Shown here in pieces: positions 29,701 through 43,625 of a stretch of DNA of 64,000 bases. The notes under the pieces were generated by a model. It was given only the letters and a program-made list of their open reading frames with translations, made no database searches and had not been told where the DNA came from. Both the position numbers and the translations under genes were made by a program. This DNA is from Glycera tridactyla (lineage: Eukaryota): the NCBI GenBank assembly GCA_965644265.1, contig OZ286463.1:48112001-48176000 (forward strand). Direction: 5' to 3'. Each line of letters opens with the position of its first letter. The first letter of the stretch is position 1.

Positions 29701-30435
29701 GCACATTACTGTATAGCCTTGATCTATGTATGCTTGATGATGACCCATATGGTGCAAATGTCTTAGTTCACCGAAGATGAATATTAATTGTCGAAAATGG
29801 TTAGCAAAGGACATGAGTATTCTACAACTCGAAAAGTGAAATCCTTTCTGGTTGATTAATTGGTATATCCTCACTTTCGGCTGAATAATTCAATGTGGTG
29901 AAATTATATATCACCACCCAGATATTTACAGAGGCCCCTAGTTTTAGAAAACCCAAAGATGTGTTATATGAAATGGGTATACTTACTAGAAAACCATTCA
30001 GGGATGTGGGATGCGACATTGGTTTTCTGCCATCTTATGCTTCAGCATAATGTTCAGTGTATGAATTGTGCTTACACCGGTAGGGATGAATCTTTATTGG
30101 AAAATTATGCGTAAATGACTCAGGTAAAATGCTTGATAACATTATCATCCATTAGAATGGAACCACAGATTAAAAATGACCCATTACTCATTTACGATTC
30201 ATCAGTGTTATTCATGAAGCATTGTGTTTTCCTGATGTAATTGTTCTGCTTATTACTTCAGAATGTTAATAAACTGTTTGCATCTGTGTAATCTACGTGA
30301 GTATGGTTATTGCCCAATAAGTTCCAAGATGGCTTGCTTCATCTAGATGATGAAGCGTGTTACGTGCATGGGGTAGGTGAAGATAAAATCGATGAAATAT
30401 ACTAATTTTGGTTTGGGATTTTGTCTGTTGTGTAG

Positions 30436-30610
30436 GATTTGTCGTACAAGGACAAACATTGGCATGAGTCCTGTTTCAAGTGCGTGGACTGCCAGAAGTC
30501 TCTCGTCGACCAGCCCTTCGCTTCCAAGGAAGAGAAGCTCTACTGCGCTGATTGCCATGACAACAACTTTGCCGCCCGCTGCGATGGATGTGGAAACATC
30601 TTCCGTGCTG
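30436..30610 (+). CDS. Lmpt: Limpet/FHL exon (DLSYKDKHWHESCFKCVDC...CDGCGNIFRAG)
   Basis: tgtag acceptor, gtgagt donor; 175 nt, phase 0-1; continues SK|DLSYKD as in FHL proteins; not shown by the ORF track. Confidence 0.95.
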
Positions 30611-32546
30611 GTGAGTAAAAAAGCTATCATTTCTTCCCCAAAATATCATCTAGCCCGATTTTTCAATCCATATTCTGTGGCCCATATTGCGGGATCATAA
30701 CCAATCTGTCCAAACAACCTGCCTGATCGGCATCCGAATCCGTCAAAATCGCTCACAGTTTGAATGATTCTGATCTGAATTCGGACGGCGAAAAATGGAC
30801 AGGTGTGTTTGAGGCTCTAGTATTGTTAAAGTGTGATAAATATAAATTAACTCACTTTGGAACAGAATTGTTGAAAAATCACAATTTTTCAAGCGCTCTG
30901 CTAGCAATCTTGGTCATGTGATGGATTAATGGCTTTAAACTGAGCGGAAGTGAGTTAATTTGTATTCATCATGAATCAACTTGGCGTCAAGAACAATCTA
31001 TCTCCAACCATTATCAAAGCGTTTGTGCTTTCTTCTATGCTCAAACAACCTCCTCAGTTGAACATGTTTCCTGGCTCATCAAGTAGTCTAGTTTTGAAAT
31101 AGAGCTGAAATCAGAATTAAATGACACTTGATGACTTCTGGCCTGAATTTTGGCCGATCCGAACACAGCTTTCATTCATCTTATTGGATCTTCCATCACT
31201 CCTATGGGACCTGTGCCTCATATAAACCAATCTGTATTGAAGAGATATTCAGAATTCTTCAATCAATTGATCAAATCTTGAATTTCAACTGATTAAGTCA
31301 CACTGATGAGGAGTTCTTGTGACAAGTTGTCTGAGTCAAGGATTATTCGATTATAAATTGCTACATACGGGTTCTAGGGTGGAACAAACTTTGAGGATGA
31401 TTCCTCCTTCACTGAGTAACTCATTGGTGAAATCAGCCACTGTGACCAACTTTGCATCATTCTTCCTCATTTCACTTAGTTGAAAATGGAAACAATGACC
31501 CATTTCTGTCACTTGTTCATTAAAAACAATGTTGGTAGTGTGCTTGAAAAAAAACATAAATGCACTCTTCACATAATGTTAAGATCGAGCCCTTGGCCTC
31601 GCCGAGTTGCAAGTAGCATTCACACCTATTATTCAGCAAGATCGCTCCCTTGTGGTAAATTTTCACACCCTTGACTCATCCCCCTCAATACGATATCATA
31701 TAAAATCACCCACATCGTTGTCAATGCTGTCCTGAAAGAATGGAATCAATTCATCCATTTCTCATGAAGATATTTGCGAAGAAATGAGACAAGATTGAGC
31801 AGAATGTTCACAACCAGCTTACTGTTGATATTAGTACCAGAGCATCATGTTCATCATTTGTTCCACTCTAGGACCTGTATGTAGGGATTTGCCCATCCTC
31901 AGAAAAACGGGAGCGCCCTGCTGAAAGGAAGCCATTGCCATTTATTTGAATGTATTTGGCCACCCTGACCAGGTGTTCGAGCCTATGAAATATGGTGAAG
32001 CCAGTAAACCAAACAGTGATCACATATTGCAACACAAACCCAGAATAAGCTCAATATATGTATCTGGTATACTTGCATGTGAGACCATCATTCTAGAAGA
32101 ATTTTGGACAATTTCGCCATGAAACTCTAGATTCATTCACCTCAGGATACAGTAGCATACGAATTTGTCTTTGGCTATTTTGGATAAAGAAAAAAAAGGG
32201 AAAAATGTGCCGACTATGTAATGTAGATATCATGTCATCATCAGCCGGCAGACTGTGTTCTCTCAAAATATTTGGGGTGCTATAGATACCCAGATGGACA
32301 TTCATCCATCTTGTCTTTCAGACATTGTCAGCATGGCATTTTTAATTGAATTCTGACTGAGTTTGGTATCATATGCATGTATCATATATCTTTTAAGATT
32401 GAAAGATGTCAACAATTCAGAGTTGGTGCAAGATGGCTGTTCATGGAAGGGATTACTGTATATGAGTCTTATGAGGTGATTGACTGGAAGGAATTTAGAG
32501 GAGAGACTTTGTTGATAAAGATAAAATAGATGATATGTTAGATATA

Positions 32547-32708
32547 CAGGGAAACCTGTCTTGGGAGACTGCCCCAAACACCAATAAAAAGTGGTCTCTC
32601 AAGACAGGTGTCCTCTCATTGGAGGTATAATTGACTCTGTCAAATAGAAAAGAGACAATAAAGAGTGGTCATCCATTAGAGGGTGGTCTCCCAAGGCAGG
32701 TTTCACTG
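32547..32708. mobile_element. Tc1/mariner-type MITE, close relative of 1700-1877
   Basis: TA-CAGGGAAACCTGTCTTGG ... CCAAGGCAGGTTTCACTG-TA. Confidence 0.85.
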
Positions 32709-33634
32709 TATTGAAAAAATAGTATACAACCGACCAACCAGCCAACAGATCCAACTTGCTGATCAAGCAATGAACCAATTTACATCTCACAAGCTTTCCT
32801 GATGTAATCTGAGTGATTGTATTCAGTTGGATGACCATATCCCTGATGTTATTCTGGTAGCCAATATGTCACTGTCAAGGTCATGGAAGGTCAGCAGTTC
32901 TCCACCCTGCCAGTTACCTGCCAGTCACAACAATGACCATTGTTCACTGTTCCAACAGATTGCTGGGAGCAGGGGAGTCAACCTGCTAAAATATGTTAGT
33001 TTGTGCACCAAGAAAGCCTGGAAGTCACTCATTCTATAGATACACATCACATTATCATGAGAACACCAACATGATACCGCAATCCAAATCTACATATAAA
33101 AGGACTTATCAAGCTCATCTATGTATGCTCATTTTTATGCATATAGTTCATTATGATGATGGAAACCAAACTGAGGATAAATGACATGCCCAAATAGGCT
33201 ATTTCTTGATTGCTGATATACAGGTGGATCGAAACAAGGTTTCAAGTGAGGCTCGGCTGGGTGCTCGTACATACATGCTTATTTATGGCTTGACAGCACA
33301 CATTATCAAAGCCAGGTGATTAACTCGACAAATTTATCTCTAAAGTCCAGCTGGTTGCATGACTAGCTGTCATAATATTGATGTAATTAATACCCTGGGC
33401 ATTTAGTGGAACTGCAGGTGAATTGATGTTTATGTGTATTGTCATACACTATATACCAGTGAATATATGCTAATAGCTGTTCCCCATGTAAAACATAGGA
33501 GTCAAATTATGTTTGCTGTGGATGTATGCATAAGGGAGCATATCTTTATCGCACCCAGACTGGTAATGTGGCCATCAACCAGACAGAGATGGCTTGGATG
33601 ATAGAAGCTACGTTTTTCATTGCTGAGTTTAATA

Positions 33635-33809
33635 CAGTAGAATACCTAAAGATCACCTCCCTATAAAGACCACCCCTCTATAAAGGTCACCCTGAGCTGT
33701 GACCATGGTAGTATTTTCAACAGTAAATGACCTATCTATGAAGACCACCTCCCTATCAAGGGCACTTGTTGATGCAAACGAAGGCAGTCTTCATAGAGAA
33801 GATCCACTG
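33635..33809. mobile_element. MITE of the 8684-8861 subfamily, opposite orientation
   Basis: TA-CAGTAGAA ... TCCACTG-TA; CTATAAAGACCACC repeats. Confidence 0.75.
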
Positions 33810-34283
33810 TATATTCATTTGATTATGTTGAGGATTTCATTGTATCGGTAACACCATAACATATTCATGTAGTATTGTAACAAGAATGCACAATTATCAA
33901 ATACAATCACAGTATTCAACAAGGTGGGACTGCCATCAGACATCACTTGGCTTTCTGCATCGTGATGTCCAACGGCAGACTGAAAGTGGAATATTGAGAT
34001 TTTATTTGGTGATTCTTGTTTTTATACCACAGATAATCTATGTAATGAAGTGATGACGTATAGAAAGTTTGTTCCGCACTCTAGTCCAGACTGGCAGAAA
34101 CGGCCATCATGCTGCACTTATAAATACAATCACAGCATAAATGGATGATTGAGGCTAGCATGGGCACTGGTCGGGCTATATTAAGATGCCTGTGCAATGT
34201 TTTTAGATGGGCTCAAGACTCCTCTTTCAGCGTCCTGAACCAAAGGTGATAGTAGATGATAAATGCATGCATGCATGTGATTA

Positions 34284-35025
34284 TTTTTATACCCCCGCCC
34301 AAACAAAGTTTGGAAGGGGGTATACTGGAGTCACTCTGTTGGTCGGGCGGTTGGTCGGTTGGTCTGTCCGCAAAAGTTTGTCCCGCGAACTACTCCCACA
34401 TTTCTTAAGCTATTGGATTGAGACTTTGCTTATGTCATCACAATGAAGTGTAGATGTACAAGACACAATTTTCACGAAGATTGGTCAACAAATTCAAAAG
34501 TTATTCAAGAAAAAAGAAAATTGTTTTTATCTGTATATTTGGTTGTATCTGTAAGTTTGGAATTCATTGAGACAAAGGAATCAATGAGACTCATTAATTG
34601 TCTGTATGGTGGAAGGCCTCTCACACTCCCCTTGGCTTTCCTTTCATGGTTATGTAAGATTCTCTGGTAATAGACATGCTTCTACTGTTCTGCTCTATGA
34701 CAGTCGTCCATTTCTTTGCTCTACCCACAATTACATAACAGACCCTCAACACAAATACACACACATGGATGCACTCACTTAGTCAAACGAGAGACCACCT
34801 CTCCATAAAGACCACCTGCTTATAAATGTCACCCTGAGCTGCGACCATGATACTTTTTCACCGGTAAATGACCTCTATTAAAAACCACATGTCTACAGAG
34901 GTCACTTTTTGGTGACAGTCGGTGGCCTTTACAGACAGGTGGGCTATATCTTGCCCAAATTGCATACAGTCTTAGTATCAAAGTGGCGGGGTATATATAG
35001 TCACCTCTGTGACAAAGCTCTAGTT
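34284..35025 (+). mobile_element. Non-autonomous Helentron/HINE-like element with nested MITE (about 34780-34950)
   Basis: 5' TTTTATACCCCCG..CCAAAC/GTTTGG..GGGGGTAT hairpin; GGTC-rich short repeats; 3' GCGGGGTAT, GTCAC-CTCT-GTGAC hairpin, CTCTAGTT end. Confidence 0.65.
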
Positions 35026-36242
35026 ATGTTTTTCGATGGTGATTTGAGGGATAGAATCTGCAAAGATTGGTGATCACTACATTGCCTGTCGGTTCAGTGA
35101 AAGCAGGCTGCCAAACTGTAACAATCACTAGAAAATTTTATCTAGGTGAACATGCTCCGGCCTATCTGACTTTGTATTGATATGAGAGTTTTGAATCAGC
35201 ACAATGTTGCAGATTGAACCATCCATAGATAGGCTACTTAGGCGATCTCACTTAACATGGTCCTGATGCCAGTCAGATGTTAGATTATCAACACAAATTG
35301 GGGGATGACATTCAGTCGAGATTTCACCAATGTGGTCATTATTGTCAGACCCACCAGAATAATGGATCATCCTACTGAAATGTGAACTGCTCCAGAAAAT
35401 AGATCAAGTCATGCTGCCTATGCGAATGTCTTCATAACTCTATATTTAGGTTTTCTCCAAATATTGGATAACAGTGATGCCGATTTTCCAAAAAAATTCT
35501 GAATTCCGAAAATTTTAGTAAAAATTCATATTCAAAAATTGCTGAATACTTGCTGTCTCAGAACAAATACTTTTGCAGGTTTCGTGAGGGTATTTCAAGA
35601 AAATCTGATTATATTTCCGAAAATTTAGCTTCATGTGATTGTCATCACTGGAATGAACTCAGGTCAGATAAGTTGGTTAGTGTGGAAAGGGCCCTAGGCT
35701 TTCATTATGACAGAGGTCCAGCCAAGTCATGGATTGTGGCAATTGACATTGACACTGGGTGACATTTGGCAACACCAGACCACGGATAAATGTATTTTGA
35801 TTTCATATTTACATGATACCACTATGGCAGCAGAGATGCCCACACTCATCAAATTCAATCTGCATCTATTGTCATGCAATGGGTGGGGTGGGTGAGAGTG
35901 TACACTCTCACCCACAGCACAAGGACATTTTTGATGGTTTGTCTAAACAGGGGTACAAAATTATGATTTCATGTCAAATTTTAGGCATTTCGGAGTCTGA
36001 ACTTATTCGATCGGTAATCAATCGCTACCGAGTCTGATTAATCAATCATCAGAAGCAGATCCTCAGTAAGGTTACTTATCAGTGTGATTTATGATCCGGT
36101 TGTGTGCATTATAAACATTTGTCACGCATCTATGTATGTGTGTGCATCTTTCAGTTTCATCAGTGAGACATCTCTCAGTAAAAATGCATTATTATAGTAA
36201 CCAATCCCGATTCCTGCCTGTGAGATTGTTTTCATTCAACTG

Positions 36243-39152
36243 GATTGTCAAAACATCGTGAGAGGAAGGCCCATTTAATCCCGGAATGGTCACTTTGTAA
36301 TGAGGACCTGGAGTGTCTATGGGCCAGATTAAGTCTACCTGGAACAAAGCCTACATATATTGCATCCATCTATAGACCCCCCAAAGGGAATCCAAGGAAT
36401 GCTCTTGAAATTGTAGAAAATAAAATAATTGACATTAAATTGGCAGGAAACTGCGACATAATTGTTCTTGGGGATGACAATTTAGATGTTTCCAAAACAG
36501 GAGCAACACGCACCCTAGTCAGTGAATTTTGTGAGGTAACTAATCTATACCAGCTGGTAAAGGTACCGACTAGAGTGACTCCTACTACAGCTACAAATAT
36601 TGACCATATCTATGTATCGGATACGAAAATGTTCAGATTTGCAGGATGTGTGGATTTAGGCCTGTCTGATCACGGATTGGTCTTCACAACTAGGAAGAAA
36701 GTGAGGAGCTCCGAAAAGAAAACATATATCTTCCTCAGAAATTTAAAGGGAGCAGACTATTCTAAAATATCATCTAAAATTAAGACAGCTGTTGACTTGG
36801 ATTCTCTTATGGAAAATTTGAAACACTCATATGATGATACTGTTAGTAAATGCTTTGAAACTATTGGTTCCATTGTTGACAAGTATGTGCCACTGACACG
36901 ATATGCCGTACATGAGGGTTGCCCTGACTGGGTCACAGGAGAGTTCCTGGATTTAGTGAGAAGCCGTGAAAAAGCAAGTCACATGTGCAAACTGAATCCT
37001 ACTGCTGGAAATATTGCAAACAAAAAGAAGCTATTGGCAGTTACCAGGAAATTAAAATTAAAGCTCCAGAAAAGTTATCTTGAGAACCAGCTAATCACTC
37101 ACGAAAGAGATAACCGCAAATTATGGAATAGCATTAGAAAATTCTGGAAAGATGGGAAGGGTAGTAGCAAAATCAACAAAATTGAAAGTAGCACAGTTGA
37201 TACCGAAATGGCTGAAATCTTGAACAAATATTTCTCGAATATAGGTCAGGAACTCTCTGATTTGATACCAGACACTTCTGGCAACCCGGCATTGAATCTT
37301 CATTACAATATGATAAATTGCTACAGCCTTCAACCTGTAAATGTCTCTGACATACTAGAGGTCATTAATGCTCTTGCCCCTACGAAGGCCGGACGTGATG
37401 ACGGATTACCATGTCGAGTTATTGTTGAATGCAAGGATGTATTAATTCCCGTATTGCAAATCATCTTCAATCAGAGTATCATGTCAGGTATTTTCCCGAG
37501 TTTATGGAAATCTGCTACCCTTATACCTTTGTACAAAGACGGCGACCATACAATGCCAAACAACTATAGGCCCATCAGCCTACTCTCACCAGCCGGCAAG
37601 ATCCTAGAGAGGCTAATACACCAGCAACTGTATGATTATGTGGAGCGCATGAGTCTACTGTGTCGGGAGCAGTCGGGGTTCAGGAAGGGAGGTTCCACCG
37701 GCACTTGCCTGCTTGAATATGTTGATAATATTTATTCACATATCAAGGGGGGAGTGCCGTGGGAACTATATTCCTGGACCTGAAGAAGGCTTTCGACACG
37801 GTAGACCATGCTCTCTTGGTAAAGAAACTGAAATTATATGGAATGGATGCAGGGTGTCTGAAGTGGATAACATGCTATCTAAATGACCACTTCTGCCAAA
37901 CAAGAGTCGGATCGGCAGTCTCAAGCTCATGTCCTATGAGGTGCGGCGTTCCTCAGGGATCCATTCCGGGCCCTCTTCTCTTCAGTCTATATATAAATGA
38001 CCTACCAGAATTCCTGAGGAACGCCGTCTCCGAACCTGCATCACATATTGTACTGTCAGATTTTAAATGCCAATTATACGCTGATGACACTGCAATCAGC
38101 ATTGCGAGCTCTGACCCATCGACACTAGAACGACAACTTTTTGCTCTCCTAAATGCAGTTAGTCAGTGGATGATGTCCAACAAGCTCTCTTTGAACATGA
38201 AGAAAACCAAATATATGGTATTAGGATTGCCATCAAAAACGCAGCCCTTTGATGAGATTAAGGTACGTGACGGTGGAGATGAGCTAGAGATGGTGTCAGA
38301 AATGAAATATCTAGGGATAGTGATCGATCCGCATCTTAGTTTTAAGGCACATGTATACCATGTCAAATCTAAAACAGTCCCCAAAATTGGTATACTTGGC
38401 CGCCTGAGACCTATCCTTAGCAAACAAACTGCCCTCATGTTGTATCCCACGCTTGTCTTGCAAGTCTCTGACTACGGGGACATTATATTTAATGGATTAG
38501 CACAAAGGGACTGCTACACGTTACAAAAACTGCAAAATACAGCTATGAGGTACATTGCACGAGCACCCAGAAGAACCAATATTGATTTATCACACAATGA
38601 TCTGAAACTGTTACCCTTAGCCGACAGAAGGGCAGAACATGAACTCATTCATGTGAATAATATTTTGAACGGCTGTTATACATGTGACCCAATGTGTAGT
38701 TTAAATGTAGTATCACACAATCATGCAACACCATCACGAATACGTCCATATGTCAAGGTGGATCGCTGCCATTATCGTTTTTGTGAGAGGAATTTCAGGT
38801 TCAGAGCAGCAAGAAGTTGGAACACATGTATTGAGGCTCAACCTGGGCTAGAAATTATGCCATCAAATGCATTCAAATGTTTTATGAAGGAATTGAGGTG
38901 GTGCTGAATGATTTTGTCATTGGGCAATATATCTATATGAATATCAATGGTCATTCATTCCATCATTTTCACTCATCTATATCATTCATACATCTCACTC
39001 ATCTCGCATCATTTGTACATTATTTCATAAGTCATCAACTATCGTATTGTTGTACATGAATGTAGTTATCGTCTCGCTGTAAATGAACATATCTTATTGT
39101 ATTGTTTAACTGTCGATGACGATCCAAAATAAAGTTTCAAATCAAATCAAAT
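36243..39152 (+). mobile_element. CR1/L2-type LINE ORF2 (AP endonuclease + reverse transcriptase), 5'-truncated, one frameshift
   Basis: ORFs 36245-37783 (YRPP, GDDN, IDHIY, SDH, NYRPISLL, QSGFR) and 37759-38907 (FLDLKKAFD, GVPQGS, YADD, YLG) join across a G run near 37746-37752; AATAAA plus (TCAAA)3 tail at 39128-39152. Confidence 0.95.
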
Positions 39153-40135
39153 ATCTCATTCGAACTTGACCAGGGGATGGTTTTCCTAGTACAAGTATGC
39201 TGTTTTCTGTATCATCAAGGATGCCTGCCTTGCAGGCATCGTTTTTCTTACCTCTCTCGTTTGGGACTGCAGTTTAGATGACAAAAATGGAACACATTTT
39301 AATAGCTTTTTGGGGTAGCTGATTGAAAGTGATAAACTGCTCCGATTTCCATGAAATCTTGTATGGTTGTTGTGAAAGCCTGTTTGCTTTGCATAGATTA
39401 CTTGGATAGCTCTTTATGTGTCTATCTTTCATGGAAATTGCTCCTACTTCTAGAATTTTTTGCCAGCTCATGATCAATCTTGGCTTGCCATCAGGTTTGA
39501 CACTCCTAATGATATGAATACTCTCTACCTGTTTCTGTTCATTTCAAACTGATATTTCATTGTGCATTATGGGTATACTTTGAAGCATTTCAATCTTGGG
39601 AGGCATTAAAGCATTGGATTTTATGATGTAGTGATTCATGAGTGAAATTCACATGTTTAATGATTGGGTTTTGAGAGTAAGATATCCCTATCCCGGCTAT
39701 TTCGACCCAGTGAGCAGCTGGTGGACTGGATGAATGTGGAAATCCAAATTGATTTCTCTCACACTCACCAGCAGAGGAGAGTTGTGTTACCAGGCATCCT
39801 TTTTTCGGCATACATTCCTAGTTTTTGTATACATTTGTATTTCAAGAAACCATTTCACACAGAAGTTGGTACAATGACCTCTCTTTAGTGGCCATCTGCA
39901 TGTAAAAGTTTTAGAGGTAATCTTTATAGACAGTTACAACTGTATAAGGGCTTGATGGAAATCACATGGCTTCCCGATTTGTTGTCAAAGGTGTCAGTGA
40001 ATGTTCTCATTCCAGGATTTCAGGATGCAGATTATTGTGATTCAAGCTTCACTGCAGTATCCATGTTTTCTTTCAGTCTTGTTAATATTCTACTCGTTTG
40101 TACATTATGGATCTGGTATCTTTCTCTGTTTCTAG

Positions 40136-40305
40136 GAATGAAGAAGTTTGAATTCCGTGGCAAGCAGTGGCACGAGGAGTGTTTCACATGCTCGGTGTGC
40201 AAGCAGCCAATCGGCAACAAGCGCTTCATCCCTCGTGACCAGGAGTTTGTCTGCGTCCCCTGCTATGAGGAGCAGTTTGCCCAGCGCTGCACCAAGTGCA
40301 ATGGA
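40136..40305 (+). CDS. Lmpt: Limpet/FHL exon (GMKKFEFRGKQWHEECF...CTKCNG)
   Basis: tctag acceptor, gtgagt donor; 170 nt, phase 1-0; LIM motif. Confidence 0.95.
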
Positions 40306-40854
40306 GTGAGTACAGTTGCCAATATTTTCAATGGATTCTCAAAGCATCTGCCATAAGAGTGTCAGATATAGCGTTTCATTCACATTCATCACTTCTGATG
40401 GATGTTTTGAGTTTTCATGTAATGATGATACTTGACAGTTCATAGCTTAATCCATTGGGTAATTATTGTTGAAACCTAATGCATTTGCTTAAGGAGGTAA
40501 AGTCAGCAACCACAAGCCAAACTTATCAGTACTTAGTTGACAAATGGGCTCACTTTGCCCCAAAGTACTCCTGATTGTGTGCCAAATTGATAAGAGTTTT
40601 TCAAACACAACAGTGAACTGGAGGGAATCCATAATCAGCTTTGCACTTAATGGGTCCTTAAGGGACAAAACAGCATGTATTTCAACACCCCTTGAGACTG
40701 ATCTGGAGCTGTATCTCCAACTCAGTGGACTCAGCCAACTCCAGATTCATATATCCTATAGACGATGTTGAACGACTTGAAAGTATGAACATAAAGTGAC
40801 ACAAGATGATGCTTTATGCATGAGTGGCCTCGTGTCAGTGCTTTTGTTGGATTA

Positions 40855-41020
40855 GGCTCACAGGTGAACCAATGACGGAGTGGAAGCCTCGGCTCAAAGC
40901 TCCGCAGGGTCTGTTGAAGATTACAGGTAACCTTCAGTGGTGTGAAAGCCACTGCTCAAAGCTCAACAGGGTCTGTTGGAGATCACAGGTAGATGTTGAT
41001 GGTGTGAAACCCATGGCTCA
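40855..41020. repeat. About 62-bp tandem repeat, ~2.7 copies
   Basis: ACAGGT(A/G) recurs near 40860, 40923 and 40985; GCTCAAAGCTC..CAGGGTCTGTTG occurs twice. Confidence 0.75.
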
Positions 41021-41295
41021 TTGCTGAACACTACAATGCAAAGCATTGAGAAGCACTCAACCGGAAGTGGCGTTGCAAGAGTGACACGACTCGATAATGC
41101 CTCACTCCTGCCACCAAATGTCTCCATGAAATTGGCGGACGCTTCATGCATACAGCTTGAGGAGGATCTGAAATCTCATTGAAATATGTCTCAAAATCAT
41201 TCCAAAGTTGATAGAAATACACTGATCATGGATTTTCTTCGAACAAGGAACGTCAAATCTGCAACTGAATGTTGTGTGTTATTTGAATGTTGCAG

Positions 41296-41482
41296 GTGAT
41301 CAACAAGGGAGGTATCACCTACAAGGCCAAGCCTTTCCACCGCGACTGCTTCACCTGCATGAACTGCAACAAGGTGCTCGCTGGCGAGAAGTTCACCTCG
41401 CGTGAGGAGCAGCCCTACTGCGCTGACTGCTTCGGCGACCTCTTTGCCAAGAAGTGTTGCCGTTGCACCAAGCCCATTACTG
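41296..41482 (+). CDS. Lmpt: Limpet/FHL exon (VINKGGITYKAKPFHRDCF...CCRCTKPITG)
   Basis: tgcag acceptor, gtaaga donor; 187 nt, phase 0-1; LIM motif. Confidence 0.95.
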
Positions 41483-42088
41483 GTAAGACGCTCTTCAAAT
41501 CAGTTAAATGTTCTCAGAAGAGTTGCTGGACACATTTCTTCCTTGCAGCACATCCCAAGAATGCGCCTTGTTGATGATGATGTTCTTCCAGCTTCTGCCT
41601 TTACTTTAAAGTTCGAGTTCTGCAGAATGACACCCAAATTACTGTGGGATAAATGGCGAAAATCTGGAATCTGGTGCAAGTTAGGAATCACTGGTTTACC
41701 TTCTTGAAGCTAGCTATCTCACATGAAGTTCCCAGAGGTTATCTCGTAGTCAAATTCAATGGGAGTTGGTGTAGGATGTTAGGGTGCTGTAACCTCAAGA
41801 ACAGCTTCCTTTTTGTGTTTTATGATTCTCCAATGAAATCTTGTAGTGATTGATAGGTCTCACATGTATATTCAGCAGAGTAGGAACTCCAAACGATCAA
41901 TCCTAATTTCTCCGAATGCATTCAGTGGTCGCACATGAAGCTCTGTCTGAGTGTTTTTAATATATGCCGATGAATTCAGCAGGTATGAGGGGTGTCCTCT
42001 TGTTGCTCTATCGGGGCAATCAGATCAAAATGAAATTACTTTATGGCCATCAGGGCTCTGGACAGTGCTACATATTGGTACCCAGATA

Positions 42089-42295
42089 CTTCTGAATTTC
42101 AACCGTGACACCTGAATATAGGAAGTTAAAAGCCAGCTGGCTTCTGAAATTTCATAATTTCCATTCACTCACCATTGATTTTTCTGACAGATGCTTCTGA
42201 AATTCAACCCTGAGACCCAAATATAGGAAGTTACGGGCCAGCTGGCACTTGAAATTTCAAAATTTCCATTCACTCACCATTGCTTTTTCTGACAG
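42089..42295. repeat. 105-bp tandem duplication
   Basis: CTTCTGAA..TCAACC...AATATAGGAAGTTA...TTTTTCTGACAG twice. Confidence 0.9.
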
Positions 42296-43625
42296 GGCCC
42301 AGTCTGGCCTCTGAATATCCCAGCCAACTCACTGCACTGGTAATCATTGGAGAATATTACATATTTGGAAGTAAAATACACCATGAATATCCCTCAAAAA
42401 TGAGTGGTAGGTCAAGGAACTGCCTCCTCTGCCTTTCTGTGGTGTATACTTGACATGGTTTTACTTCCTTTATATATAATTTTTGGGATTGGTTGATTTA
42501 TCAAAGACAATAAGATGACATTCAGGAAGAAATTTCTATCAATGTTTTAACTTGAATGTTATAATATTCAAAATAGGATTTTTATCTATGTTTTCCATGA
42601 TTTGTAATACTGCTTTGCCAACCTTTTCTTCATTACCTAAAGCCTTACCATGCCCATTGCATTCTGCACAAATTTATATCCTCTTGTAAATATTCACAGA
42701 TAATTTCTCAGTTGTTGTTCAGTGCATGACCCGTCATCCTTGCTTTGATATTTAAAGAAGAGCATAGCTGCTGTTTGAGAAGTGTATTGGATCCAATATT
42801 GAATATGTGAATACAGTGCCATGTAAACCTGGAAACAAATTCAGTTCGATAATTCCCTACTCACTTTGTATGAGCTCCATGTGTCGTCTATTCTTTAGTG
42901 ATGCTGAGATTGTTCTGTGGTACTTTCTCGCTGTTTCCGTCTGAATGATTCCACTCTCTGCCAGTTTCTCACTTTATTTTTGTATAAAGTATGAAGTCAC
43001 AAACAGAGACTGGGTCCTGTTTGTGCTGTCTTTTCTGACTTTCTTTATCTTTCGCTTACTCTATGATCTATCTCATTGCAGAAATCCAGGCTCTTTCTCC
43101 AGGTTTGTCTTCATGCCCAGCTTCTTTCTATATCTGCCTCAGTATCATGTGAGCCCCCAAATCCCAGGAAAGTCTGTTCTACCTGAATGTGCTATCATCA
43201 GTAAATACTACAAAAAAAACATACTATCAATTACACCTGAATTCTCGCAGCTCAATGACCCAGTAATTATATTCATTTGTTGATTGAAACAGGGATGCTC
43301 CATCAGCATGATATCTTTGCAGAGCCTTGGACATGCAGTAAATTTAGGGCCAATTCACAAATGAAATTTTTTCAGGAAGTTTGGTGTGGCATGAAATTCC
43401 ATAGGTGTTCATTATTCAGCTATTTGAGTTGCTGATATAAGAGACTGAAAAAGACCATTTGTTTCAGATATATCATTAATGAAAATACATGCTGATTGCA
43501 TTTCAACTGCATAATGATCCATTAGAATATGATTCTTGCCATCAGATGTAAGAATTTGGTACCATTAAAATCTGTGTGGTTTAGCATTTGCTATTATTCA
43601 CTAAGGGCAGTTGTGGTACTGTGTA

